A stretch of 61,431 nt of DNA, filler included, from Pirum gemmata (lineage: Eukaryota), in NCBI GenBank assembly GCA_002812295.1. It is 12 parts of 12 records of this genome, joined end to end, with 100 filler letters (N's around TTAATTAATTAA, not from the genome) between each part and the next. Parts side by side here need not be neighbours in the genome. Positions count along the whole stretch, not along the records: positions 25,001 to 29,788 come from PDIN01000886.1; positions 29,889 to 34,697 come from PDIN01000887.1; positions 34,798 to 39,580 come from PDIN01000888.1; 9 more parts are not named here. One strand, 5' to 3'. Below the pieces are notes generated by a model. The model made no database searches. It was given only the letters and a program-made list of their open reading frames with translations, and was not told the origin of the DNA. The translations under genes were made by a program, and so were the position numbers. The stretch's first letter is position 1. Each line of letters starts with the position of its first letter. Shown in pieces: positions 25,430 through 37,233 of this stretch.

Positions 25430-26633
25430 TATTATCATGATAGTATTGATAGTAGCTACAGTAGACCAGAGTCACCAGACTACCGTAGTCTACCATTTAG
25501 GAGGGGGGACGAAATCACTCCGCCATTTTTTGTAAAAAAACTGAAAGCACTTTTAATGTTAATTAATTACCCTTAAATTATTGTTAATTATAATCATAAT
25601 TAACTATCTAGTAATTAACTATTATTGTATTAGTAGAATAGGGTTAGTTTGTTATGTAGTTTCTTTAGATACCAGTTTGTAACTTTGTATGGGGTTGCTT
25701 GTGTTTACACACCCCTATTTTTTTTTTTTTTTTTTTTTTTTCAAAAAAAAAAAAAAAAAAAAAAAAAANAACTCTAATTCTAAAGTAGCTGCTATATTAA
25801 TTATATCATATTATGATACAAACCTACAATGCTACAACGCTGCTACGATACAACTATTACAACCAGCTCAGTTACAAGGGAGCGTTCAAATAATACGTCA
25901 CGTCAAGGGGAAGGTAGGTAGGCGGTATTTGACCGGAAATTAACGTCAAGGGGAAGGCAGGTGGGGTATTTGAGGCTGTGTTTGACCTACTCCCCACCCA
26001 ACCAGCTGGTTACAAGTTTGCAACTACACTGTTACTACAGTCCGACTGACAGTCTACGACTCTACGATAAAGAGCTCTCATGTCTACATACGTAACTAGC
26101 AGTCATTGCAGTTTTTTTGAAAAATCTCAAAAAAATAGACACTGTGACAGTCTATTGGGTGAAAATTAACTAAAAACAGTGAAAACCAAAGACCAAGAAT
26201 CAAACCAATAAAAAGGAAGCTGCCGTGCTAATTTAGAAAAAAATATTTATATGAATTGTTAGTTTCGAGTGGTCTATGATCTATCTCAACCTGGACTCCT
26301 GGAGTCCTGGACTACCACCTTTTTAGCCTTTTTTTTTTTTAGGTATCATATGATAATAATGGGCAAGGACTTCAATTTTTTGTATGTAGAGCTAGTTCTA
26401 CTAAGGGGTTGACGCCAATTTCCGGTCAAGTACAGCTTCAAATACCCTTACCTACCTATCCCTTGACGTTAATCTCCGGTCAAATACCGCTTACCTACCT
26501 ACCCCTTGACGTGACGTATTATTTGAATGCTCCCTATGCATACCACTATTAAAAATAGTAGTACACCAACCACTTTTACTTTTGACAGTAACATTTTGTT
26601 CTTCAACATCGTTATATTATATCATTATTATTA

Positions 26634-26816
26634 TCGTGCTTTTCATTTATTTTGTCACTCTGAATATTTATTTGGAGGGCTGTAATATTTAAATTGACAT
26701 TTTTAAATCAATAAATAGATAATAAAATGTACCAAATTAAATTAAATGGATTTATATTGTATTATTTTGGTATTATTTAAATATTTTATAAAGGAAAAAA
26801 AAATTGAAAAGCACAA
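26634..26816. mobile_element. MITE family A
   Basis: TA-flanked, full TIRs. Confidence 0.85.
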
Positions 26817-28012
26817 TAATTATAGATATTATAATATAATATTTTAAAAAACAAGAAAAAAAGGGTCTTTGCAAGAAGTTGCCAAGAACCCCAACTTTTT
26901 TTTCCTTTTTTTCCTGGGGTTCTTGATAATGATTTATAATGTGAAATCATAATATAATATCATAATATAAAATACCATATCAACACATTTTGGGAATTTG
27001 GACTGCTAATTAGGGTTTTGGGAGATTAGAACTCTTAAAATCTTGAGTTTTATTTGAGTCGAAAATAGGCTCAAAATGATCAGAATCGCAAAATAAACCT
27101 ATTTTTGAACTCAAAATACCAGTATTATGTATATATTACTATGATAGTGTAATACTATCGAAATTATAGTAACATTAGATGTGTGATATCAATATGATAT
27201 TATGTGATATTATGTGATATTATAGAAAATATACTTTATTTTTACAGTTTAAGGTCGAAAATACGGTTATTTCGGACTCTAGCTAGAGGCTGTTTTTGTT
27301 ATTATCAAGGTCAAAACATTGATATTTTGCATTATTATAAGCACTAATACTAGTAATACCATATATACTACCATTATAATAATATTATATAGAAAAAAAT
27401 CCAGAATTTTCACTCAGAATTTTCACTGGTCGGAGCATTGTTAGGGATGGAATACTATGGACAAATGCAAAAATTTCATTGGTTGTAAATATAAAAGACT
27501 AATCAAATTGTAGTAAATAGCAAAAAAAATAGAAAAAATACACTGGTCAGCTGATGGAATACTACAGTGGAATTATCAAATTTCACCAAACACAAAAAAT
27601 TGTCTATATTATAACTTTTACGATAAATAAGCAACCATCCACTAGCTAGCCTAGGACTCCACCTTCTTGTTCCTGGCACATCGCAGCATCGTGACATCGT
27701 CTTGGTTTTCTTCTATAATTAGTTTTTTTTTTTTTTCAAATTTCTGTAATTCGTTATTTTTCTTTTCAAATTTCTATAATTAGCTATTTTTTCTTTTCGA
27801 ATTTCTATAATTTTTTTTCTTTTCATTCTATTTTAGATTTTCTAGCAACCATCCACTAATTATCAAATTATCATATACTCCAAATGGGTAGGTAGGTAGG
27901 TGGTATTTGACCGGAAATTAACGTCGAGGGGTGGGTAGGTTGGGGTATTTGAAGCTGTATTTGACTGGAAATTGGCGTTACGTAGTATTTGAACTGTATT
28001 TGAACACTCCCT

Positions 28013-28137
28013 TGGGTTAGGGTTAGGGTTAGGGTCAACTGGTTAGGGTTAGGGTCAGCTGGTTAGGGTTAGGGTTAGGGTTAGGGTTAGGGTTAGGGTT
28101 AGGGTTAGGGTTAGGGTTAGGGTTAGGGTTAGGGTTA
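28013..28137. repeat. Interstitial (TTAGGG)n directly after a family C TIR
   Basis: About 20 units with two TCARCTGG interruptions. Confidence 0.95.
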
Positions 28138-29073
28138 ATGACATGTACCTGGCACATCAAGTTGGTTTTCTCTTGGTTTTCTCTTGTTTTCTCTACTAGC
28201 TATCCTCTGATAGTAAGTAGCTACTCTAGCTAGTAGCGTTATGATATTTTTTTTTTCTTTTCAGTGAGGTAACTGGTATTTTTCTACTATGATAATTATG
28301 ATAATAGATTTTAAAAAAATAATTTTGCTCTTCCCAATAAAAAAAAATGCGCTTCTACAATATAATAATTAATAAAGCGAAAAATAAAATTTCGGCTGGA
28401 ATAAGATTTGCGAAAAAAATATGTGGTACTCTTGAGAACCGCCCTTTTTTTAATTTATTAATACACTTATTAATATATCTAAATTATTTGAAATAAATAG
28501 AGCCTAGTTATCGATGATATGATTATTTTTAATATAGCTCACCAATTGGTAAAAGTTGGTGAATTGATAGTGAATTGTTGCATTTCAAATACTACGTAAC
28601 GCCAATTTCTGGTCAAATACAGCTTCAAACACCCCTATCTAATTACTCCTCGACGTTAATTTCCTGTCAAATACCACCTACCTACCTACCCCTTGACGTG
28701 ACGTATTATTTGAACGCTCCCTTAGGTTGGTTGCCCTTAGCGCAGATGGGTTTTGAAATATCTAGCTAGACTTACCGTAAACAGCTGAGCTGAATGTATC
28801 TCTTTCACTGTTTCACAACTTTCACAACTCAACTTTGTTATTCAAGTAGTCTATCATTATTATTAGTCTAGCTAGAACTAAATAAAAAGTATCAGATACT
28901 TAAAATACTATAGCGGGTATAATATATAAAAACATATTCTAAGATACCTGGACCAGGTCAAACTTGTCTGACAGAGTTTCTGACAGGAAATAGGTCCGGA
29001 TTTTAATAATCTCATAGGCGGCACTGAATTTTGAATCAGAGGTTAGGCTCTCGCAGTCTTTATAATTTATATA

Positions 29074-29258
29074 TCGTGTTTTTCAGTTGTTTTGTCATCA
29101 TAAAATATACAGTAAAGGGTACCAAATTAATACAATATAAATCCATTTTATTTAATTTGGTATATTTTATAATCTAATTATAAATTTAAAAATGTCAATT
29201 TAAATATTATAACCCACCAAATAAATATTCAGAGTGACAAAATAAATGAAAAGCACGA
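29074..29258. mobile_element. MITE family A
   Basis: TA-TCGTGTTTTTCA...TGAAAAGCACGA-TA, 185 bp. Confidence 0.85.
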
Positions 29259-29968
29259 TAATAACTATTAAAACAACGTATCTCAGAATATGTTTTATAT
29301 ATAGTAATTTAATTACTTTAATTAATAAATTAAGTTACTATTTATAGTAATTGTTACACTAATATCAAATAGTTTTAATGACGCCATGCGTTCAAATTCT
29401 ACATAACGCCAATTTCCGGTCAAATACAGCTTCAAATACCCCCTACCTAACCTACCCCTCGACGTTAATTTCTGGTCAAATACCACCTACCTACCTACCC
29501 CTTGGCGTGACGTATTATTTCAACTCTCCCAAAAAAAAAAAAATTACACGTGATATAAATCAGAAAATCGGAAGTTTAAAAAAAAAAATTCGAATCAGGG
29601 TTTGTACTTTGAAGTTTGGACTGCGATGGTTTTACTACTACTAACTAAAAGGCCAAAATTCGCTGGTCTGGTGAGTTGTGACTCTGGTCCACAGAAGAAA
29701 AAAAAAAACTCTAGAAAAAAACTTGATGAAAAAAACTTTTTGTTTTTCCCTCTTTCACAATAACAATAACAATAACAATAACAATAACNNNNNNNNNNNN
29801 NNNNNNNNNNNNNNNNNNNNNNNNNNNNNNNNTTAATTAATTAANNNNNNNNNNNNNNNNNNNNNNNNNNNNNNNNNNNNNNNNNNNNATTAAATTTGCT
29901 TATTATAGCAGTGTATTCTTACATTTTTTCAAATTTAAAAAAAAAAATTTTTATTTATAAATAACAAT

Positions 29969-30865
29969 ATGAATAACGAAAATACATACTTACAAGGAAT
30001 CGACTACACGGAATTACTTAATCGTGTGGAGCATAAGATTTTAGAAAAAAGTAAAGAGGATGAAGTTAACTTTGAATCCCTAAAAGCAAATCTAGCTTTA
30101 CTTAGCGAGTTAAAGAAGTTGCGTGGTGATGATTTTAAGCTACCAGATGTACCGACTAGGCCTAAGTTGTCGTCTCATTTGCGAGATGAGGATGTGCTAA
30201 CTGTATTACAAGTAATCGCTACCTCAGTTAAAGCGCATAATATTCCTGTTGTAAAAGTAAAGGAATATTATATTAAATGTTTAAACGACTATGGACTATA
30301 CCAAATCGTTAATTGTGTAACTAATCAGAGTACTACGGCTATGGGTGCAGGTCAGATCGAAGATATTATTTTGAGAGAATTTGTTAGTAATGAGATTTCA
30401 GTTTTCGAAAAATTGTTATTACAATTTTCTCGACGTTCTGAGGAATCTTACTATAATTGTATTTGTCGGTTCGAAAAATTATATCTTGAAGCTCAACCAT
30501 ACTTAAAATCTGTGTTTCATACTTGGTGTCATAAGGCTTTATTGTTATTACCTATTGCAAGTGAGGAGACTATTAGATTGCATTGGCGGGCTAATAAACG
30601 TACTATTGAATATTATAATGATAAGCATGCTGAATTTTTCTTGGAGGTTAAAAAATTTGCAAAAGATGCTGATGTTGTGGCTGATGTAAATAGGAAAAGA
30701 CGTTATGAGCATGATGATACAAGTCGTCGTAGTAGTCGAAGTAAGTGTGATGAGTGTTTATTTCGATTACCAAAACATAAGTTGGGTTGTCAAAAGGCTA
30801 TCAAATGTAATGAATGTGGTTTTATCAATAACCAACATAAACATAACTGCTCCAAACAAAATTGA
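29969..30865 (+). CDS. gag: Gag with two C-terminal CCHC-type knuckles
   Basis: 298-aa ORF directly upstream of pol; CDECLFRLPKHKLGC and CNECGFINNQHKHNC. Confidence 0.85.
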   Translation: MNNENTYLQGIDYTELLNRVEHKILEKSKEDEVNFESLKANLALLSELKKLRGDDFKLPDVPTRPKLSSHLRDEDVLTVLQVIATSVKAHNIPVVKVKEYYIKCLNDYGLYQIVNCVTNQSTTAMGAGQIEDIILREFVSNEISVFEKLLLQFSRRSEESYYNCICRFEKLYLEAQPYLKSVFHTWCHKALLLLPIASEETIRLHWRANKRTIEYYNDKHAEFFLEVKKFAKDADVVADVNRKRRYEHDDTSRRSSRSKCDECLFRLPKHKLGCQKAIKCNECGFINNQHKHNCSKQN

Positions 30866-33800
30866 CTTGATGCTAATATTTCTTTGCCACAAAAATTGGA
30901 TAATCACGGTCTAACAGAGGAGGTTTTAATAGATTTTTTGCGGAGAGTTGATGGTTATTGTAATCGTGGTTTGGTTGATTCCCAAGATTTGGACAAGCCT
31001 ACTTGCGTAAAAGTAAAATTGTTGGTTGATGATGTTCTTATGACTGGATTGGTGGATAGTGGTGCAACTAAGACTATTTTAAACAAAAATAAAGTTGATG
31101 ATATTAATGCCAATATTAAAAATAAGGAACTAGAGCTATGTGGAATTTCTAAAAATATTAAAATTCAATCATTTGGTGTTACGACTGTGAATTTACAATT
31201 GGGTAAGTTTAGTGCTACTTGTGATGTGGAATTATGCGACATTGATGATTATGATATAATCCTTGGTATGGATGTTTTACCATTATTAGGTATCTATTTA
31301 TCTGGTATTCCACCACCATATTGGTATTCAAATCTTCAAGATACTGCACCTGTTTTAGAAAAAATTAAAACTATTACTAGTGAAGAAGTGTTAGGTTTAC
31401 GAGAAAAGTTGGCTTCAGTACTGGCTGCTAATTCCTGTATTGATGTTACTGATTGGGCTACTATTGCAAATTCTACTATTGAAATTAAAATTGATGATTC
31501 AGAGTTGGAGAAGGTTAGATTTCATCGTCAAAATTTTGTCCCTTTACAATACTACGAGGATATGGATAAACAATTAGCAAAATGGTTAGCGGAAAAAGTG
31601 GTTGTACCTAATAATACATTTACTCCGGTTAATATTCCTTTATTAGCAGTACCACAATACAATAATGATGGTACTTTGAAGAAGGTGCGTATTTGTTTAG
31701 ATTTGAGAATGATTAACCGGTTAGTAAAAACTGATAAAATGTTTTTGCCACGTATTGAACAGGTTACTAAGGAATTAAGTGGGTATAAATATTTTAGTTG
31801 TTTAGATTTGACTTCAGGATATCATCAATTTAAAGTTCATCCTGATAGTCAAAAGTATTTGTCGTTTACTTGGCGTAATAAGCAATATCGGTTTCAAGGT
31901 TCACCTTTTGGTTTGAGTTTTTTGGTTACCCAGTTTCATCGTTGTATTGTGGAGCTTTTTCGTGATTTGGCCGGGGTTTATATTTATCTTGATGATATTG
32001 TTATTGCTACAGAGAATGAGGGGGAGCATTATCGTTTATTAAAAATTGTTTTGGAACGTCTTACTGAAAATAAGTTGACTTTGAATAGTTCTAAATGTGT
32101 TTTAGGGGCAAAACAAGTTAAAGTTTTAGGTTTTATTGTTAGTGAAACTGGGGTTCGGGTTGACCCTCAGCGTATTGCTCATATTTTGGAAATTGAAAAA
32201 CCCAAAACAGGTAAGGATCTTTCGTCTATTCTGGGTATGACTAATTTTTTCCGTTCTTATATTCCAAACTATAGTATTATAACTAGGCCGTTGGATTCCC
32301 TTCGCAAAGTAAAATCTTTAGAACCATATTGGCAAGATTCAGCTGTTGTTGCTGCTTATGATACTTTGTTGCTGGCTATACAATCACCTGCTGTTCTCCA
32401 ACAACCGCTTCCCAGTGTTCCGTTTCATTTGGAAGTTGACGCTAGCCATGTTGGAATTGGGGGTTGCCTGTATCAACTTAATATTGATGGTTCTAAACGG
32501 GTTATTAGATTGTTTTCTTATGGGTTAAAAGGAGCTCAAATGAATTGGAGTGCGGAAAAACGGGAGTTGTTTGCTGTTAAGTTTGGTATTGAACATCTTC
32601 AAGAATATTTAATTGGTTGTTTCTTTCATGTTCATGTGGACAATCAGGCTATTACTTCAATGCATTCCTATGCTTTGGATCGTGAGGTTATACGTCGTTG
32701 GTTTGATGTTCTTGGTTCTTTTTCATTTGATGTTACTCATAGACCTCGTAATTTAAATGTTTTAGCTGATAGTCTTTCTAAATTAAATTATTCTAGCCGT
32801 TTGAATGATAACCTATATAAGGATCCTGGTTTACCGGTTTTAGGAAAAAACTTTGTTCGAGTTGTACGGGCTGTTTCTGCTAATTCGGTTGCCCTTTCAC
32901 AAGCCGAAAAAATCGCTAAGATTCAATTGGTTCATAATTTTACTCATCAAAACGTTCGTAAAACTGTTGCTTTACTTAGAGGTCAGGGTTATGACTGGCC
33001 TGATTTATTAAAACTTTGCACTTTAGTCTATAGTAAATGTCGCTCTTGTGAAATGAATAAAATCCAACGTTATGGATTTCATCCTTTAGTTCCTATTACA
33101 GCAGAGCAACCTTTTTATCATGTTATTATCGATTTAGTGAAGCTACCTTCTCATCGAGGTTATAGTTATGTTTTACATTTGCATGATGTTTTTACTTCTT
33201 TGGCTGTGTTGCGCCCGTTGCGGTCAAAATCTGCAGATGTTATTGCTCGAAAACTTTTTAAAATCTTTTCTGATTTTGGTTATCCAAAGATTTTAAGTTC
33301 GGATAATGGATCTGAGTTTAAAAATGCTCTTATGGCTTCTTTTTCTTCTCTTGTGAATATTACTCGGCGTTTTGGTGCACCTTACTCTCCTATGACTCAA
33401 GGTTCGAATGAACGAAAACATATTCCTCTTAAAAATTTATTAAAGGCTGAGTTGAAAGGGTTTCCTGACTGGCCCACTGTGTTACCGATAGTTGCTACGC
33501 GTCTTAATCAACAATTATCGGACCGGCAGCGCAGTATTGCTTTTGATTTATTTTTTGCTCGAAAGAATAATTTATTATTATTGAACGATGCTGCTACTAC
33601 CGATCAGACTTGGCAGTCTCGAATCGATGAATTATATAATTTAGTCTATCCCGCGGTTCAGGCCTGTACTTCTAATTATTATGCATCTATGGTTAAATCT
33701 TATGACAAGCGCAAGTACAAGAGGCAATACCAAATTGGCGATGTAGTCAAGTATAAGATACCAGGGTCGGTTAATGGTTTAATGGACCGTTACATAGGAC

Positions 33801-34111
33801 CGTATCGGATAGCGGGCAAGAAACATACTTCTTATTTATTGTGTGAATTAAACGGTTCTCCCGCGGTAGGTTTTGATACTAAGCTTGTTCCACCCCATCA
33901 ACTTTTTCCGGTTATCAATTTTGATTGTTCCGAAGTTATGGACTCTTCTGCCTCGTTTAAGAAAATTTTGGACTATGGTGTTGATGATAACCAGAATGAT
34001 ATTTATAATGTTCTTTGGTCCGATGGTTCTACTTCTTGGATCACTGCTGCTCAGTTTGATGATCCGAATGCGGTTCAATCTTTTTGGAAAAAACGTCTTG
34101 CTCGTTCTTAA
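30866..34111 (+). CDS. pol: Pol polyprotein PR-RT-RNase H-integrase-chromodomain
   Basis: PR: LVDSGAT, IILGMD. RT: LDLTSGYHQ, PFGL, YLDD. RNase H: VDAS..GIGGCL, ELFA, VDNQA, ADSLS. IN: HNFTH..CRSC, IIDL, SDNGSEF, GSNER, IGPYRI (GPY/F). Chromodomain: KILDY..YNVLWSDGSTSW. Confidence 0.95.
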   Translation, partial: LDANISLPQKLDNHGLTEEVLIDFLRRVDGYCNRGLVDSQDLDKPTCVKVKLLVDDVLMTGLVDSGATKTILNKNKVDDINANIKNKELELCGISKNIKIQSFGVTTVNLQLGKFSATCDVELCDIDDYDIILGMDVLPLLGIYLSGIPPPYWYSNLQDTAPVLEKIKTITSEEVLGLREKLASVLAANSCIDVTDWATIANSTIEIKIDDSELEKVRFHRQNFVPLQYYEDMDKQLAKWLAEKVVVPNNTFTPVNIPLLAVPQYNNDGTLKKVRICLDLRMINRLVKTDKMFLPRIEQVTKELSGYKYFSCLDLTSGYHQFKVHPDSQKYLSFTWRNKQYRFQGSPFGLSFLVTQFHRCIVELFRDLAGVYIYLDDIVIATENEGEHYRLLKIVLERLTENKLTLNSSKCVLGAKQVKVLGFIVSETGVRVDPQRIAHILEIEKPKTGKDLSSILGMTNFFRSYIPNYSIITRPLDSLRKVKSLEPYWQDSAVVAAYDTLLLAIQSPAVLQQPLPSVPFHLEVDASHVGIGGCLYQLNIDGSKRVIRLFSYGLKGAQMNWSAEKRELFAVKFGIEHLQEYLIGCFFHVHVDNQAITSMHSYALDREVIRRWFDVLGSFSFDVTHRPRNLNVLADSLSKLNYSSRLNDNLYKDPGLPVLGKNFVRVVRAVSANSVALSQAEKIAKIQLVHNFTHQNVRKTVALLRGQGYDWPDLLKLCTLVYSKCRSCEMNKIQRYGFHPLVPITAEQPFYHVIIDLVKLPSHRGYSYVLHLHDVFTSLAVLRPLRSKSADVIARKLFKIFSDFGYPKILSSDNGSEFKNALMASFSSLVNITRRFGAPYSPMTQGSNERKHIPLKNLLKAELKGFPDWPTVLPIVATRLNQQLSDRQRSIAFDLFFARKNNLLLLNDAATTDQTWQSRIDELYNLVYPAVQACTSNYYASMVKSYDKRKYKRQYQIGDVVKYKIPGSVNGLMDRYIGPYRIAGKKHTSYLLCELNGSPAVGFDTKLVPPHQLFPVINFDCSEVMDSSASFKKILDYGVDDNQNDIYNVLWSDGSTSWITAAQFDDPNAVQSFWKKRLARS

Positions 34112-34331
34112 TTGCCACTTATTGTCATTGCGTGGTTCATTAAGGAGGGGGGATAATGTAACAGCATGACTACCTGGTTATGTTATTGGCTATTATTTAT
34201 TATATTACTCCTTATTTATTATATTACTCCTATATTAGTGTTATTTTTATTACTCCTATATTAGTGTTATTTTTATCAATTCTATATTAGTAATAACTTT
34301 ATCAATTATATTATTATTATTATTATTATTA

Positions 34332-34372
<41 letters not shown>

Positions 34373-34375
34373 TAC

Positions 34376-34594
34376 CTTAACAACAAGACGGTACAATTCT
34401 TCTCCACGATAGAGATGGAAGAATGACACATTCATCGTAAGGCCCACATACATCTTTACCTCCTCCGAAAAGTTAGAGTCCATCAACGGGTTATGCAAAT
34501 AGAACAAACGGTTCTTATCGACAGCGTCTGCTCTGTTGGGATTCTTGTCTTTCCTTATGCCACCAATAACCAGTGATATTTCTGTGTGTTCCAT
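34376..34594 (-). CDS. Possible orphan first exon of an unknown gene
   Basis: ATG-initiated 73-codon complex stretch ending at AAG|GTAAAT, between (ATT)n tracts. Confidence 0.35.
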
Positions 34595-36518
34595 AGGATT
34601 TCATCATTAAAAAGATTGTGCTGTACCTTATCATATTATATATATATAAATTAGGAAATAGACACAATATGGTGGCTATCATTATTATTATTATTATNNN
34701 NNNNNNNNNNNNNNNNNNNNNNNNNNNNNNNNNNNNNNNNNTTAATTAATTAANNNNNNNNNNNNNNNNNNNNNNNNNNNNNNNNNNNNNNNNNNNNAAA
34801 CAGTACTAGCTACGAACTTTAATTTGATCCTATTTTGAAGAAATTTGGTTTATTATTGAGAAAGTTGCATAAATAGTGAAAAACGGGCTCATATGAGCCC
34901 GTCTAGTAGTCTATTAGAGTAGTCTATGATACTTCTATCATTAAAATTCATAATGATAATAGTGATAATAATATTATGTGAATTATAATAATAATGATTA
35001 TTATAAAATTAATTTAATAATATCACATTGAATTCGTATCGATAGTATCAATACTCCAGAAATTATTTCAGTTTTACCAGTAGTTTGACAAGTGTTTCTT
35101 TCCCCTTTTGAGAAAAGTCTATTTATTTTGATAAGACACTATCTATCGTGCTTTTCAGTGCTTTTCAGTTGTTTTGTCGTCGTAAAATGTACAATAAAGA
35201 GTACCAAATAAATCCATTTCATTTAATTTGGTATATTTTATTATCAATTTATTCATTTAACAATGCCAATCAAAAAATTATAACCAACCAAATAAATATA
35301 ACTATATAGGTTAAATGCATTCTTAATTAAATAGTATTTAAGAATGCAAATACTCATATTTTAACGTCTATATATATATTGTAGTCTTTTGATATTTGTT
35401 TATTTAGTTTATAAATAAAATTAATGATATTATCGATATCATACCACCATAACTGACCACCATAAATTAGGTCCATAATTATAATAATATTATCGATAAG
35501 AAAAAAAGTTTAATTAAAAACCAATATTTCTACAACAAAAGAACAATACAATTGCTAATCGTATAGACTACAATATTATGTATGGTATTATTATGAAAAG
35601 CACAACTGTACAACAAGAACGACAATCAAATTATCAACTTTAATATTTATGAAACAAAAGATGAAACAAATCAACAAACTATCATAATATATTAGATAGA
35701 TATATACGATATATTATTATAATAACCTGCTGCTCCTCCTTTTACTTTTTTTCAAAAATAAAATTTCTCGATATGATGATGTCCACTCTCAAATTCTCAA
35801 TCATAGACATGATAGACTAACCCAGAAAGAAAAAAAAAAACCACTAGTAGCTACTAGCTAGCTAGAGACCAGACAGGACCAAAGATAGGGCCGAACGGCG
35901 TCTAAATTTATAATATGTATGATAGTGATAGTCTATCTGATAATTATCATATCATGTATACAAAGTATTATGATACTCTAGACGTACTTTGACTATGATG
36001 GTAGCTATGATAGTCTATCTGATAATTATCATAATAATAATGTATCTGATTATCTGATATACAAATACTCTAGACGTACTCTAGCTAGCTACTAGCTAGT
36101 AGCTAGCTAGAGTCTGGTCTAGACACTAGCTAGGGTCTAGACATTACAATTTACAAATTACAAAATAATCAGGATTTCTTTCTTCAATTTCTTCTTAGTT
36201 AGATATAGATAGATCTGATATTATTATGAATAAACTACACTATCTACACTCAAATTTTCGCTCAAAAACTCTCAAAGTTGCATTCACTCCAGAGTCCAAA
36301 CCTCTCCAACAGTTTCCTCCGATACGACTTCTGTCTCCATCAACCCTTTTTCCGGCAAACTATTGGAATTTTTTTTTAGCCGCCACCGAGAAAAGGGGTT
36401 AGGGTTATTAGGGTTGGGTTAGGGTTAGAGTAGGTAGAGTAGGTAGTAGTCTACAATACTAGTTAGTCTACAGTATCATGATATTACATAGCATGATATT
36501 ATTAGGCCCTACTATCAT

Positions 36519-36700
36519 AGGAACGTTCATAAAGGACGTCACTCATTTTTTGATAGAAGTCATTGCTCGAAAGTGTGACTTAAACTGTTTTAGGCAGTAA
36601 TTAATTATTAAAATGAACTTTAAAATTATGACCAAAAGTGTTTTGGACAAAGAGGCATAGGTAAGATTAGGTGACGTCCTTTTTATTATGGATGATTCCT
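36519..36700. mobile_element. Harbinger-like MITE family I (second copy 40579-40815)
   Basis: Imperfect TIR AGGAACGTTCATAAAGGACGTCAC/GTGACGTCCTTT..ATGGATGATTCCT; shared core TATGACCAAAAGTGTTTTGGACAAAGAGGC. Confidence 0.7.
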
Positions 36701-36892
36701 TGTTGCACTTTATTGCACTTTCTCGGTGACGGTTCTCCAATGATATCATACTACTAGCTAGTTAGCTAGCTAGAGTCTAGCTAGCTAGAACTTTTCACCT
36801 ATCGTGGTAGCTAGCTAGTATTAGCTAGTAGACTATCTTATTAGGGTTCTAGCATGTTCTAGCTAGAGGGTTCTAGCTAGAGTATGATAGTA

Positions 36893-36982
36893 TTAGGGTT
36901 AGTAGGGTTAGGGTTAGGGTTAGGGTCAGGGGTTAGGGTTAGAGTTAGTGTTACTTAGAGTTAGGTTTAGGGTTAGGGTTAG
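36893..36982. repeat. Degenerate interstitial (TTAGGG)n (shorter tract at ~36396-36432)
   Basis: Read directly. Confidence 0.85.
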
Positions 36983-37233
36983 CTGACTTTTCCCTATGCA
37001 TACATTCCCTACTCATTTCCTCTACATAGCTACTCTAGCTAGCTAGCTAGTATTTATTTTATCTGAGTATTTTGAGTGTATTTTGTCATTCCGAATATTT
37101 ATTTGGAAGGTTATAATCTTTAAATTGATATTTTTAAATCAATATATAGATAATAAAATATACCAAATTAAATTAAATGGATTTATATTATATTAATTTG
37201 GAACTATTTTATGATGACAAAAAGAACTGGAAA

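Larger units (their letters stand above)
29889..34310 (+). mobile_element. Ty3/gypsy chromovirus-type LTR retrotransposon, both LTRs truncated by assembly
   Basis: Putative 5' LTR end TTACA at 29919-29923, gag, pol, PPT AAGGAGGGGGGATAA at 34142-34156, and 3' LTR start TGTAA at 34157. Confidence 0.93.

Noticed and set aside
28575..29644. Similar short ORFs (QIPPTYLPL)
   Set aside because: Chance translations of family C MITE copies.
30863..30865. Alternative genetic code or selenocysteine at the gag UGA
   Set aside because: TGA ends ordinary ORFs in the window (23493, 46294), Trp is TGG in conserved motifs, and no SECIS was identified.
34883..34906. Helitron 3' end (palindrome CGGGCTCATATGAGCCCG then CTAG)
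   Set aside because: Hairpin-to-CTAG spacing is atypical, CTAG is ubiquitous here, and there is no second copy.
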